A stretch of 64,000 nucleotides of DNA from an uncultured Gammaproteobacteria bacterium (GTDB lineage Bacteria > Patescibacteriota > Microgenomatia > UBA8517). Where the stretch lies: assembly GCA_964583685.1 (NCBI GenBank), contig CAZOVJ010000001.1, positions 4,033 through 68,032 on the forward strand. Direction: 5' to 3'. The notes beneath the pieces are model-generated. The model ran no database searches. It was given only the letters and a program-made list of their open reading frames with translations, and had not been told where the DNA came from. Of this stretch, positions 19,409 through 28,644 are shown one piece after another. Numbering within the stretch: position 1 is the stretch's first letter; each line of letters starts with the position of its first letter. Position numbers and translations under genes: made by a program.

Positions 19409-19437
19409 AATCCCGCTCAGCGGGATTTTTCTTTTTT
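19409..19437 (+). terminator. rho-independent terminator (same hairpin family as 16805)
   Basis: aatcccgctcagcgggatttttcttttttagg. Confidence 0.7.
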
Positions 19438-19449
19438 AGGCAGAGAAAG

Positions 19450-19478
19450 TTGAGAAATTTGACAATCTCTGGTATTAT
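19450..19478 (+). promoter_or_regulatory. promoter TTGAGA-17-TATTAT upstream of paralog A
   Basis: ttgaga 19450-55, 17-nt spacer, tattat 19473-78, then AGGAGG and ATG at 19505. Nearly identical copy at 22248-22276. Confidence 0.45.
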
Positions 19479-19504
19479 AGGGCAGATTTTCTAGGAGGTA
19501 GGCA

Positions 19505-21223
19505 ATGGCAAAAGAAAGAGCAGAAAAGCCAGGAAAATTCACAGGAAGAAAAATTTTAGAGCTTGGTGCTAGAGCGGCAGTGGTAACGCCATTGATCCTT
19601 GGTCCTCTAGGTGAGGCTTTAACTCCTAAAGATGGTAATGAACCCAATCCCCAAACCTCGCCCAACACCTTAATCCTTTCTCCAGATGACCCCACTAATC
19701 CTCTTTCTCAGCGAAGACAGCTAGACTCTCACATTGGCTTTGCTTCGCCTTGGCAACAGGAAGAACAGGTAGAAGCAGAAGAACAACAGGAATACTTTCC
19801 TGATAATACAGTAACAATCGCGGCTAATCCTCAAGAACTGGGTGTCAGTAGTCTAAGCGAGATAGATAATATAGAAACAGTTTTAGATAATCCCACTATT
19901 GGCCAAGAGAATAAAGATGAAATTTACAGCCTTTTAGAAAAGTTTGGTTGGGCAACAGCCAGTGGCTTAAACACCAATCTCTATCTGGCCGAAACAGAAC
20001 AGGGGATAATAGCCTCCGCTGCTGTTGAGGCAAGGATGGAAGGCCAAAATTGGGTCTTTCTCTGGCACCCCGTTCTCCAACAAACAATCGGTGTACCAAT
20101 AGAAGAAGGAATGAGCTTTGGCTTCTTCTTTGTTCAAGAAAATGGTTCTCAGTTTCTAGTTCCCGGTCTGATTGATGAAAACAACAATGCCTATCCTTTC
20201 CCAGATTATGACCCAGAGACTCAAGGTTTTGGCACCTTAATAGGCCTTAACCAACAAGAAAGACTAGATATGCAAATCTCTGGTCCTACCAGAATCTATA
20301 CAGACAGAACAACCCCAGCCATCTTGCCTGGCCTGGAGGAGCCACGGGAAGGTATTACCCAAGAAGAAATAGAAGCGGCCATTTTGAATTCCGGAAATAG
20401 AGTGGTTTACGCTAAGGAACTTCCAGAGAGTGCTTGTAAACTTCTCTTTAGGAGCCAAGCAGGGATTGATGCTTTCCTGGACAATTCCTGGGTTGATGTT
20501 GAGGGGAAATATGTTCCCCAAATAGAGGCTATTGATGAAAATAGAATGGCAATCTTTAGAACCTACATGGAATGGCTGGCAGTAAAGACTAATACCCCGG
20601 GCATGGCTAGTTTAAGTTTTGATAACTTTTTAGCAAGAAGGGCCGGTGGTGAGCAATTCAATATGCGTTTCCAGGCAAGGGATATTAATACAGGAGAGTT
20701 TCAAGAAAGACAAGAGCCTCTTGGCAGGATTGAGTATCAGGGCTCATTGGTGGCTGACAACCTGGAAATTACTATCCCAGCAGAGGGAAACCCAGTTTAT
20801 GAAATATATTTGGCCAACACTTTGGCAGGTGCTTACTTACCAACTCTTTCTTATCATGAAGGCAGTGGGGATATGCACGGTGGTGTTTTCTACGACAATG
20901 AAAGACCAAACACAATCATTTTCTATTTTGCATTTCCAGTGACGGAAGATCTTATGTGGTGGCCTTATGAAGGTGTTGGGTATGTATACAATTACCCCCT
21001 CATCATCCAAACTCTAATGAGGAATTTTGCCTTTTTTACCATTCAGATGAGTGATCAAGAAAGGGTTCATAATGGTAGGGTGCATCATATGTCAATGCTA
21101 TTAAACGTTGGGATATCGCCATTAAGAGAAGCTTATCACGATATACTACTTGGTAGAACGCCTACGGGAAATGAGTGGAACCCCATGATATCCGTGATCA
21201 GTGCCGCAGGCCACGAAGACTAA
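19505..21223 (+). CDS. large hypothetical protein, paralog A (hydrophobic N-terminal anchor, acidic Pro-rich linker)
   Basis: ORF track 572 aa. N-terminus (KFTGRKILELGARAAVVTPLILGP...) is near-identical to the 22293 gene. Confidence 0.55.
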   Translation: MAKERAEKPGKFTGRKILELGARAAVVTPLILGPLGEALTPKDGNEPNPQTSPNTLILSPDDPTNPLSQRRQLDSHIGFASPWQQEEQVEAEEQQEYFPDNTVTIAANPQELGVSSLSEIDNIETVLDNPTIGQENKDEIYSLLEKFGWATASGLNTNLYLAETEQGIIASAAVEARMEGQNWVFLWHPVLQQTIGVPIEEGMSFGFFFVQENGSQFLVPGLIDENNNAYPFPDYDPETQGFGTLIGLNQQERLDMQISGPTRIYTDRTTPAILPGLEEPREGITQEEIEAAILNSGNRVVYAKELPESACKLLFRSQAGIDAFLDNSWVDVEGKYVPQIEAIDENRMAIFRTYMEWLAVKTNTPGMASLSFDNFLARRAGGEQFNMRFQARDINTGEFQERQEPLGRIEYQGSLVADNLEITIPAEGNPVYEIYLANTLAGAYLPTLSYHEGSGDMHGGVFYDNERPNTIIFYFAFPVTEDLMWWPYEGVGYVYNYPLIIQTLMRNFAFFTIQMSDQERVHNGRVHHMSMLLNVGISPLREAYHDILLGRTPTGNEWNPMISVISAAGHED

Positions 21224-21267
21224 GTATAACTCTTGATTTTGAGCAAACTCTTTCTTATACTAAAAAT

Positions 21268-21975
21268 ATGCCCAAAAGCTTGAAACTCTTCCTTTTTGGA
21301 GGTGTTTTAATTTTTGCCTTGATAGTTCTCGCTTTTGTTATATATGCTTTCCGCGTACCAGGTTTTCTATTTCCAGAAGAAGCGGTTAGTTTAAAGGGAA
21401 CTGTTTTTAATTTCAAATCGGAAATATCGCCTTATAAAATAGAAAAGGGCTCGGTAGACTCAAGAGTATTGGAAAAGATTCTCGTGGGGGTGGGTTTTAG
21501 GGAAAATACATCAAGTTTTGGCATTTTTGGCCAAAATGAACTGGTTCTTCCCAGTAAAATAAAAACTGTTTACAAAGATATTAGCGGTCAAAGTCTAGAG
21601 TCTGTTATAAACCCCACCCGGAGTGGTGGTGACTTGATAAGTGGTTTCGGTTCATCATATAACGAAGAGTCTCGAGAACTCACCTATTTTGTCTTTGTTA
21701 ACCCAGAAGTGTTTGAAGGACAAAGTGAAAAGGAAATTTCAGAAGCTTTAACTGGCCTTACTGTCAGACTTTTCTGTTTGGCCCTGAACAATATCATAGA
21801 ACCAGAAGTTCTTGATAGAGTTACTTATGAGCTAAATGCAGAACTAAGAAACTCCGGGGAATCACTTTTCGCCATAGAACTCCAGAAGAGGACATTGGGG
21901 CTTATAAAAGAGGTGTATGCCGAGTGCCGAGGGGCTTATTCGTGTGGACGATATGATACAAAAGAATCTCCATAG
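21268..21975 (+). CDS. membrane-anchored hypothetical protein
   Basis: ORF track 21175..21975. Likely true start is the ATG at 21268 (MPKSLKLFLFGGVLIFALIVLAFVIY), which removes the overlap with the upstream gene. Confidence 0.45.
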   Translation: MPKSLKLFLFGGVLIFALIVLAFVIYAFRVPGFLFPEEAVSLKGTVFNFKSEISPYKIEKGSVDSRVLEKILVGVGFRENTSSFGIFGQNELVLPSKIKTVYKDISGQSLESVINPTRSGGDLISGFGSSYNEESRELTYFVFVNPEVFEGQSEKEISEALTGLTVRLFCLALNNIIEPEVLDRVTYELNAELRNSGESLFAIELQKRTLGLIKEVYAECRGAYSCGRYDTKESP

Positions 21976-22205
21976 TCGGCAACGTCTAGGGTAGAGCAAT
22001 AAGCATTATAAACCTTATTGCCGTTAGGATAGGTTTCAGGTTCTATAATAACCCGATAGTTTAAAACTTTTGTTTCCATATGTAGCTAGTTTAGCATTGA
22101 CAATTTTCCCTGTCAAAATTTGCCAAGGGTGCTAAAATATCTTTAAGATGGCAAGAATTGAAAAATTATTCTTGGTTAGTTCTATAATATAGGTTCCCCG
22201 CAACT

Positions 22206-22232
22206 GCGGGATTTTTCTTTTTCCTGGGCAGA
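22206..22232 (+). terminator. rho-independent terminator (ccccgc-aact-gcgggg plus T-run)
   Basis: ccccgcaactgcgggatttttctttttcc. Confidence 0.6.
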
Positions 22233-22247
22233 GAAAATTGAGAATAT

Positions 22248-22276
22248 TGACAGATTTTGGTATTATAAGGCATAGT
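22248..22276 (+). promoter_or_regulatory. promoter TTGAGA-17-TATTAT upstream of paralog B (duplicate of 19450-19478)
   Basis: ttgaga, 17-nt spacer, tattat, then aggagg and ATG at 22293. Confidence 0.45.
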
Positions 22277-22292
22277 TTCTAGGAGGTAGGCA

Positions 22293-24314
22293 ATGGCGGA
22301 AACAAAGCCGGAAAAGTTAGGAAAGTCAGGAAAATTCACAAAAAAGATTTTAGAGCTTGGTGCTAGAGCGGCAGTGGCTGTTCCATTGGCTGTTGGTCCT
22401 GTGAGTGAGGCTTCTACTCCCAAACCTGGACAGAAACTTGATCCCCAATCTCCTTCAACTACCCTAGAACTTTCTCCAGATGACCGTGTTTTAGAACAAA
22501 AGCAAGAAATAGATTCTCATATTAAGATTGCTTCTCCTGAAGAGCAGCTAATTAGGTCTGAAGAACAAAGAGTTTGGAATTTACCCCGGTATGAAGCTGA
22601 AGGTATAGAAACAGAGGTTTTCGCTCAAGGAGAAGAAAGATTGGATTTGCTGCCTTTGTCTTTAAGGGATGGAGAGAACGGGTTAGAAGCGGTAGCTAAT
22701 TATTTGGATAGAGAAACAGATAGTGTTTGGTTCTTGGTCTTTGACAGTCAGGGTGGAGAATGGAAAGAGGAAAGGGGAGCAGAAGGAGAGAAAATAAGAG
22801 GAGAAGAGAACCAGACTTCATTAAGCCGGGAGGTAGCCAGGAATCTTCGGGAGATAATGGTCTTTGAGTCCCAGGAAAGCCAGAAAAAAGCAGCTAGGTT
22901 TAATCTCTTACTGGACAGGCGGGCCCAAACAACCTTGGTTACTCCCATGATTGAAGTCAGAGAAACAGCCAAGGATGGCGAGATTGATCTAGCTCCTGGT
23001 TCCTTGCTTTTGGTAGACAGGCAAGATGAGGTTCATTATTTCAACCCCTTAGATATCTTTGGAGAAACAGAAACTGGGGTTGTTGAAATTGATCTTGACT
23101 ACGCCCAATGGCTAAGAGACTATGGTTTGGCAGTCAATGAAGGTGATTTAGTCCTGGTTCAGCGGTATACCAATGCTGCTGTTAATGGAGACCTGGCTGG
23201 TAAACCCATCTCCCTGGCCCTAATAGGAGGAGAAGCGGTAGTCTTCGTTCGGGAATTTGCAGAAGGAAACAATATTAATGCTCGTTCTTTACCAGGTACA
23301 GACAATAATTTACCGGGAATGGAAATCTTGGGTCAAGTTAGTCACAATCTCTTGATTACTCAGGAAGAACTTAATTCCTTCCCTGAGCTCCAAGAATACC
23401 TCAATCAATTAGCCACTTCTTTAGCTAGAGAAGAAAGCTCTGAGACAGTCCATGAAATTGATGAACAAGGCAGAATAGTCGTTAACAATGACAATCATAA
23501 TTGGTATCTTGTCTGGTGGGATAGAGAAGCCGGCAAGTTTGCCTGGGTCAGTGACCTAGTTGAATTGGTACAAAGAGTTCCCACTGATATTCCTTCTACT
23601 CCAGAGCCAGTGGCAGCAATATACAGTCAAAATGAAATAAACTTGGAAAGTTACAACGGAAATCTATACCCAGATAATCCCTATCCCGTCAGATTAGATA
23701 GTGATATTCGAATAGCAAATAGAGTTCTATTTGTTGATGATCATCAATATTCAATAGAACAATCACAGTTTCTTGACAATGTAACATGTAGTCTAGACGA
23801 TGGCTGTTCAATCTACTGCAGTGTAATGGGGACCGTTGTAGGAATATTAGGTGAGAGAAGATTGGAAAATATGGGGTTGGTCGACAAAGAAGGTAACCCA
23901 ATAGAGGATTTTTGGATTGATAATTTGAAAGTTACCGACTACTTGATGGTCGCTCGAAAAGAAGATGGTTCGTTACTTAAGATAGTCTTTTCTATTCCTG
24001 AAGACTATGTACTTGCAGCCATAGCAGGGCAAAGTGGGAATTTTAACCCCAGAAGGTCATCAAAAATTACTGAAGGATCCCTACCAGGATCCCGTCTCGG
24101 ATTGGGCATATCTATGCTGACCAATATTGACAGGGCATTAGCAAGCGTACGTTCAAACCCTCTTGAAAGGGTAGGTAATGCTCTAAGGGTATCTAGGGTT
24201 TCAATTTCCAGTTTGCAATCTCTGCAAAACACAGAGGCTTTGAGAAGATACACAGCTGATGAATCAATAATTGTTTATGTAGGTATCCAAGCCCTGAATC
24301 TAGTTACTAGGTAA
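22293..24314 (+). CDS. large hypothetical protein, paralog B
   Basis: ORF track 673 aa. N-terminal ~55 aa and the 5' leader are duplicated from the 19505 gene. Confidence 0.55.
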   Translation: MAETKPEKLGKSGKFTKKILELGARAAVAVPLAVGPVSEASTPKPGQKLDPQSPSTTLELSPDDRVLEQKQEIDSHIKIASPEEQLIRSEEQRVWNLPRYEAEGIETEVFAQGEERLDLLPLSLRDGENGLEAVANYLDRETDSVWFLVFDSQGGEWKEERGAEGEKIRGEENQTSLSREVARNLREIMVFESQESQKKAARFNLLLDRRAQTTLVTPMIEVRETAKDGEIDLAPGSLLLVDRQDEVHYFNPLDIFGETETGVVEIDLDYAQWLRDYGLAVNEGDLVLVQRYTNAAVNGDLAGKPISLALIGGEAVVFVREFAEGNNINARSLPGTDNNLPGMEILGQVSHNLLITQEELNSFPELQEYLNQLATSLAREESSETVHEIDEQGRIVVNNDNHNWYLVWWDREAGKFAWVSDLVELVQRVPTDIPSTPEPVAAIYSQNEINLESYNGNLYPDNPYPVRLDSDIRIANRVLFVDDHQYSIEQSQFLDNVTCSLDDGCSIYCSVMGTVVGILGERRLENMGLVDKEGNPIEDFWIDNLKVTDYLMVARKEDGSLLKIVFSIPEDYVLAAIAGQSGNFNPRRSSKITEGSLPGSRLGLGISMLTNIDRALASVRSNPLERVGNALRVSRVSISSLQSLQNTEALRRYTADESIIVYVGIQALNLVTR

Positions 24315-24350
24315 TACAACCCTTGTTTCTTCACAAACAACTCAAAAATA

Positions 24351-24884
24351 GTGTATTGTAAATATATGGGAAGTTTTAAGCAAGTTTTTCTAGTGGGACT
24401 ACTTATTTTAACCATATTTGCAATTTGCTATACATTCAGCCGTTATACTTGCTACGATAGTTCAAAATCATTATTTACTCAAGGTTTCTATCGAGGGCAG
24501 AAAACTAGTTTTGAATATGTTTATGATGAAATGGAAAGAAAAACCGTGCTATCAGGTATCCTTGTTTCTTACGAGCCATCCTCAAACAATCCTACAATAA
24601 CTTTGAGTACATCCCCCACAAATTATTGTCTTCCAGTTGGCAGAAAAAAAGTAAAGTTAAGTTTCTCTGGAATTAAAACGCTTTTTTTACTCCTGGAAAA
24701 AGAGGACCAAACCACATTCCGGTGGAGAGCCTTGGCGGCCGAAAAGCTACGAAACATACTTAAACGTGGGGTACTTGTAACCGTTCAATTCGCCGATGGT
24801 CAGGAAAAAACAGTAGTTGACGCAAAATTGGGCGCTGCATCTCATGTAATTATTCATAAGTATAAAGAATCTGAACAAAAATGA
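24351..24884 (+). CDS. small membrane-anchored hypothetical protein
   Basis: ORF track 177 aa. Hydrophobic N-terminus. Stop overlaps the next start (ATGA). Confidence 0.4.
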   Translation: MYCKYMGSFKQVFLVGLLILTIFAICYTFSRYTCYDSSKSLFTQGFYRGQKTSFEYVYDEMERKTVLSGILVSYEPSSNNPTITLSTSPTNYCLPVGRKKVKLSFSGIKTLFLLLEKEDQTTFRWRALAAEKLRNILKRGVLVTVQFADGQEKTVVDAKLGAASHVIIHKYKESEQK

Positions 24885-26905
24885 GGATTAAGCTTTTCTT
24901 TCTAATAATCATATTTTCCGCTTTATCTACTGTTTCCTTTGCAAAGACAAACACAATCCAGGCGCAAACCTGCAGTGGAGTTGCTTATTTTAGTGAAACA
25001 AATTATGCATGTAGAGGAAGTGATATTGGTGGTGGATACAGATGCGAAGCAATCACTGTAGTTCAAGCAGCCGCATGTGGATGGTGGGGGGGGAGATGTA
25101 GGGCTGTGTCGTCATACACAGACACATGCAGAGTCCTTCTTGACGGTTGTGAAATTACGTCCCATAGCTACAGCAGCAGTGCGGGATGCACTGTGTCAGA
25201 TGATGGTGATGACGGTGATGGGAATGGTGATGATGGTGGAGTTCCGTGTTATAAAGCAGGATTTCAAAACTGTGTTGGTTCGTGCGGGGGTGGAGGAAGC
25301 TGTACATGGGTACCAGATAGAGAAACCTGTGTCTGTATGGGTGGGGGGGGAGGACCTGGACCAGGTGCATGTGATGGTCCGGGGCTGGGGATTTCTTCAT
25401 GCTTGATTGATAGCAGTGGCATGCACATTGTCTGGCGGTGGGGCTACTGGGGTTGGTTTCCGCCTGCTTGGGTCAGAGGCTATAGGTACCGGCTGCAAAC
25501 AGGCGCTCCCTTAAGAATCGAGGCTAACTATATTAAACAAGCTTGGAGCACTTGGAATACATATACTACACATCATGAAACAATCCAGTCAACCTGGGCC
25601 CGAGTACAAGTCAGTCGCACAGAATGTGCTGCTTCTTGGCTAGGACCAGGACATGATTGCGAGTACTGTCCTTGGGAATGTGATTGCACGACTCCTGGAA
25701 AGTGGTCAAAAACATTCATCGTTAATCCTGAAGACTGCACCATGGCTCCAGCCTCCATCACCGGAACAGTTTTTTCTGACCCAGAAAGGGATGCCTATCC
25801 CTCAGGCGATAGCTGCACAGATAGTTCAGCCTCACCCCTGACTGATTCAGGCTATCAGGTTAGGGCAACAAATTTGAGCACCAGCGACAGCCAGACAACA
25901 CCTGTTGGCGCTGACGGTAATTATACTCTGAGCAATGTAGAGCCTGGTGATAGTTATATTATCGCCCTTGAAGATGGATCAGGAGCATTAGTAAGTAGTT
26001 GTTCCTGCCCAGGTAATTGTCAATTTGTGGGTGCAGTGCCAATTGGAGCCACCATTACCCGTGATTTTTACACTGGCCCTCCTGGGCCCTGGTGGCAGGT
26101 GATTGATGGAGATGTTTTGACTAATGGAAGCCTCAGTTCCCTTATTCCTTCATCTTGCAGCCTGCCCGGTTGTAATCCCAACTTTATACTTGATGGGCCA
26201 GGAGGTTATCCGGGAGTAGCCATCTATGGAGGTAGTTCCTATGATTTTAGCACTGGCAGTTCAGATGGCAGAGACCAGGTTTCTTCTCAAGGCTGGTTAG
26301 CCAATTCCTCTTATCTGGGCAAGGAATATCATTATAGCTATTTTGCCAGATTAGTGCCCAGTGATGTCCAAGAGCAGACCGATGAGATAACTGAGGAGAC
26401 AGTCACTGGCGGTGATTTTAATTCCGGGGGAAGTCCTGCCAGGGGCTATATTTGGTACAAAAGAGAGGGAGACCTGACTATTAACGGCAATGTCAATTTG
26501 GTTGGCACCAGAAAGGTGGTTCTCTTTGTCAATGGAGGTGATTTAAACATCAATGGTCGAATCAATCTCCAATCAGGTGAGAGCTTTTTTATGGCCATTG
26601 TCGGCAAAGACGATAGCGGAAACAAAGGAAACATTATTGTTGACCCCTCAGTTTCCCATCCGGTCAAACCCGGTCTTGAGGGCATCTTCCTGGCTGATTC
26701 TCAATTTAAAACAGGCAGTGATGATAAACAGCTCTATATTCGTGGTTCAGTGGCTGCCTGGGAAGGTATTGTCTTAGAAAGAGACTTAGATGATGACAAT
26801 AGTGATACTCCTGCAGAACTCTTTGAATATGCTCCGGACCTTATCTTTAACTATCCTCAAGAAATGCTCAGAGACGTTATCCGCTGGAGAGAAGTAGCAC
26901 CCTAA
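24881..26905 (+). CDS. secreted Cys-rich/Gly-rich hypothetical protein with a Cna-B/carboxypeptidase-regulatory-like middle domain
   Basis: ORF track 674 aa. Signal peptide (LFFLIIIFSALSTVSFA). Many Cys in the first 200 aa. GC-richer than flanks. Confidence 0.5.
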   Translation: MRIKLFFLIIIFSALSTVSFAKTNTIQAQTCSGVAYFSETNYACRGSDIGGGYRCEAITVVQAAACGWWGGRCRAVSSYTDTCRVLLDGCEITSHSYSSSAGCTVSDDGDDGDGNGDDGGVPCYKAGFQNCVGSCGGGGSCTWVPDRETCVCMGGGGGPGPGACDGPGLGISSCLIDSSGMHIVWRWGYWGWFPPAWVRGYRYRLQTGAPLRIEANYIKQAWSTWNTYTTHHETIQSTWARVQVSRTECAASWLGPGHDCEYCPWECDCTTPGKWSKTFIVNPEDCTMAPASITGTVFSDPERDAYPSGDSCTDSSASPLTDSGYQVRATNLSTSDSQTTPVGADGNYTLSNVEPGDSYIIALEDGSGALVSSCSCPGNCQFVGAVPIGATITRDFYTGPPGPWWQVIDGDVLTNGSLSSLIPSSCSLPGCNPNFILDGPGGYPGVAIYGGSSYDFSTGSSDGRDQVSSQGWLANSSYLGKEYHYSYFARLVPSDVQEQTDEITEETVTGGDFNSGGSPARGYIWYKREGDLTINGNVNLVGTRKVVLFVNGGDLNINGRINLQSGESFFMAIVGKDDSGNKGNIIVDPSVSHPVKPGLEGIFLADSQFKTGSDDKQLYIRGSVAAWEGIVLERDLDDDNSDTPAELFEYAPDLIFNYPQEMLRDVIRWREVAP

Positions 26906-26906
26906 A
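26869..26906 (+). repeat. direct repeat copy 1 (3' end of the 24881 gene)
   Basis: cagagacgttatccgctggagagaagtagcaccctaaa. Second copy at 27352-27389 with 36/38 identity. Confidence 0.8.
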
Positions 26907-26923
26907 AATGTTATACTTCTTTT

Positions 26924-27238
26924 ATGAAGCAGCAAACTGATTTAATTGTCAGAGCTATCAACGCCAACACAAAGCCACTGAAGATTGTATTATTTGGATC
27001 GCAGGCTAGGAAACAATCTCATGAGAAAAGCGACTTGGACATTGCTGTAATTCAAAATAATCCTCCACAGATAGGACAAAAGGCTAAAATCTTTTTAACT
27101 TTAACAAAGCTCGGTTATGATTGGAAAACAGAACCAGACATTCATCTCTTTTCCCAAAAGGATTTTCTACAAAGACTAAAACAAAAAGACCTTTTTGCTA
27201 GCCAGATTTCTAAAGGAGAAACCATCTATGCCCGATAG
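26924..27238 (+). CDS. minimal nucleotidyltransferase (MNT) antitoxin-type protein
   Basis: LFGSQARKQSHEKSDLDIAV matches the GS..R....SD.D..V pol-beta NTase signature. 104 aa. Confidence 0.7.
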   Translation: MKQQTDLIVRAINANTKPLKIVLFGSQARKQSHEKSDLDIAVIQNNPPQIGQKAKIFLTLTKLGYDWKTEPDIHLFSQKDFLQRLKQKDLFASQISKGETIYAR

Positions 27239-27380
27239 CTACAGAATTTGGTTGAAAAAATCAACTGATAACTTAAAGGAAACCGCTTCTAGGGCGCTCG
27301 ATGCCGCTCATAAAGTCAGCCAAGAAATTTCCAAGAATTTTCCAAAAAAACCAGAGACGTTATCCGCTGGAGAGAGGTAG
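27228..27380 (+). pseudogene. truncated HEPN-type partner of the MNT gene
   Basis: Overlaps the MNT 3' end as HEPN/MNT pairs do. Only ~50 aa long. The reading frame runs into the duplicated 38-bp repeat (27352-27389) and stops there. Confidence 0.4.
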
Positions 27381-27389
27381 CACCGTAAA
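27352..27389 (+). repeat. direct repeat copy 2 flanking the MNT/HEPN cassette
   Basis: cagagacgttatccgctggagagaggtagcaccgtaaa. Confidence 0.8.
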
Positions 27390-27459
27390 TAGTTGACAGG
27401 AAGGGGAGAGAAGGTTAAAATTAGTCAACTTTCTATTCTACATTGCTTCCTTAATTTAA

Positions 27460-28644
27460 ATGACAGTAAAAAAGACAAGCTCGTCCCTTATTGTAGATAA
27501 TCGCATTTTACCTGATTCCAGTTTGCCCACGGAAAAGGTGAGTGGTGTTTTGGATATTGCCAATGAAGGTTCCGGACTTCTCAGGCCGAACCTTGCTCCT
27601 TCAGAGAATGATATTTATATTTCAGCTTCACAGATAAGAAGATTTAATTTAAGGAATGGAGATTTTGTCAAAGGTCAAGCCAGACGACCTAAAGAGAACG
27701 AACGCTTTTGGGGTCTTTTGAAAGTAGAAAAGGTGAATGGCAAGTCAGCTGAAAAGATGGGCCAACGGGTTGATTTTGAGGAATTGACTGCCATCTATCC
27801 TGATACCCACATAGTTCTTTCAACAGACAAGGAAACATTAACTACCCGGGTAATAGACCTGATTGCCCCAATTGGTTTTGGCCAGAGAGGCTTGATTGTT
27901 TCTCCTCCCAAGGCCGGTAAGACCTGGCTTTTGAAAGATATGATTGCCGGAATCGCCAAGAATTATCCCAAGGTCCATCTGATGGCTGTTTTAATTGGTG
28001 AGCGGCCTGAGGAAGTAACGGACATCAGAAGGCATATGGAAAAAGTGAGCAAGGGAAAAGGGGAAGTGGTGGCTTCAAACTTTGATGAAGCCCCGGAGGA
28101 CCAGACCCGGGTTGGAGAACTAGCTTTGGAGCGAGCTAGGAGATTGGTGGAGATAGGCAAGGATGTGGTAATTGTTTTGGATTCGATTACTCGGATGGCC
28201 CGGGCCTATAACTTGGCCCTGCCCACTTCGGGTAGAACCTTAAGCGGAGGTTTTGACCCCATGGCCCTTTTTCCGGCTAAAAAGTTCTTTGGCGCCGCCA
28301 GGAAGATTGAGAAAGCTGGTTCATTGACGATTATTGGTACCTGTCTTATTGAAACCGGCTCAAGAATGGACGATTTGATTTACGAGGAATTTAAGGGAAC
28401 TGGCAATATGGAGGTTCATCTTACCAGGCGCTTGGCTGACAAGAGAATATTTCCGGCCATTAATGTTAGTATCTCAGGTACCAGGCAGGAAGAGCTTTTG
28501 TATAAAAAGCTTTTGCCTCAGGTTCATACCCTGCGCCGTATGCTTGAGATGATGCCTGAGGATGAACGGACCGAGGCTCTTCTTGAGCGTTTGAAAAAGA
28601 CAGAAGATAACAAAGAATTCCTCAAGAGTATGAAAACAAGCTAA
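27460..28644 (+). CDS. rho: transcription termination factor Rho
   Basis: N-terminal RNA-binding domain. Walker A GQRGLIVSPPKAGKTWLL. 394 aa. A possible TTGACA-17-TAAAAT promoter at 27393-27421 sits inside an inverted repeat (agttgac...gtcaact). Confidence 0.9.
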   Translation: MTVKKTSSSLIVDNRILPDSSLPTEKVSGVLDIANEGSGLLRPNLAPSENDIYISASQIRRFNLRNGDFVKGQARRPKENERFWGLLKVEKVNGKSAEKMGQRVDFEELTAIYPDTHIVLSTDKETLTTRVIDLIAPIGFGQRGLIVSPPKAGKTWLLKDMIAGIAKNYPKVHLMAVLIGERPEEVTDIRRHMEKVSKGKGEVVASNFDEAPEDQTRVGELALERARRLVEIGKDVVIVLDSITRMARAYNLALPTSGRTLSGGFDPMALFPAKKFFGAARKIEKAGSLTIIGTCLIETGSRMDDLIYEEFKGTGNMEVHLTRRLADKRIFPAINVSISGTRQEELLYKKLLPQVHTLRRMLEMMPEDERTEALLERLKKTEDNKEFLKSMKTS

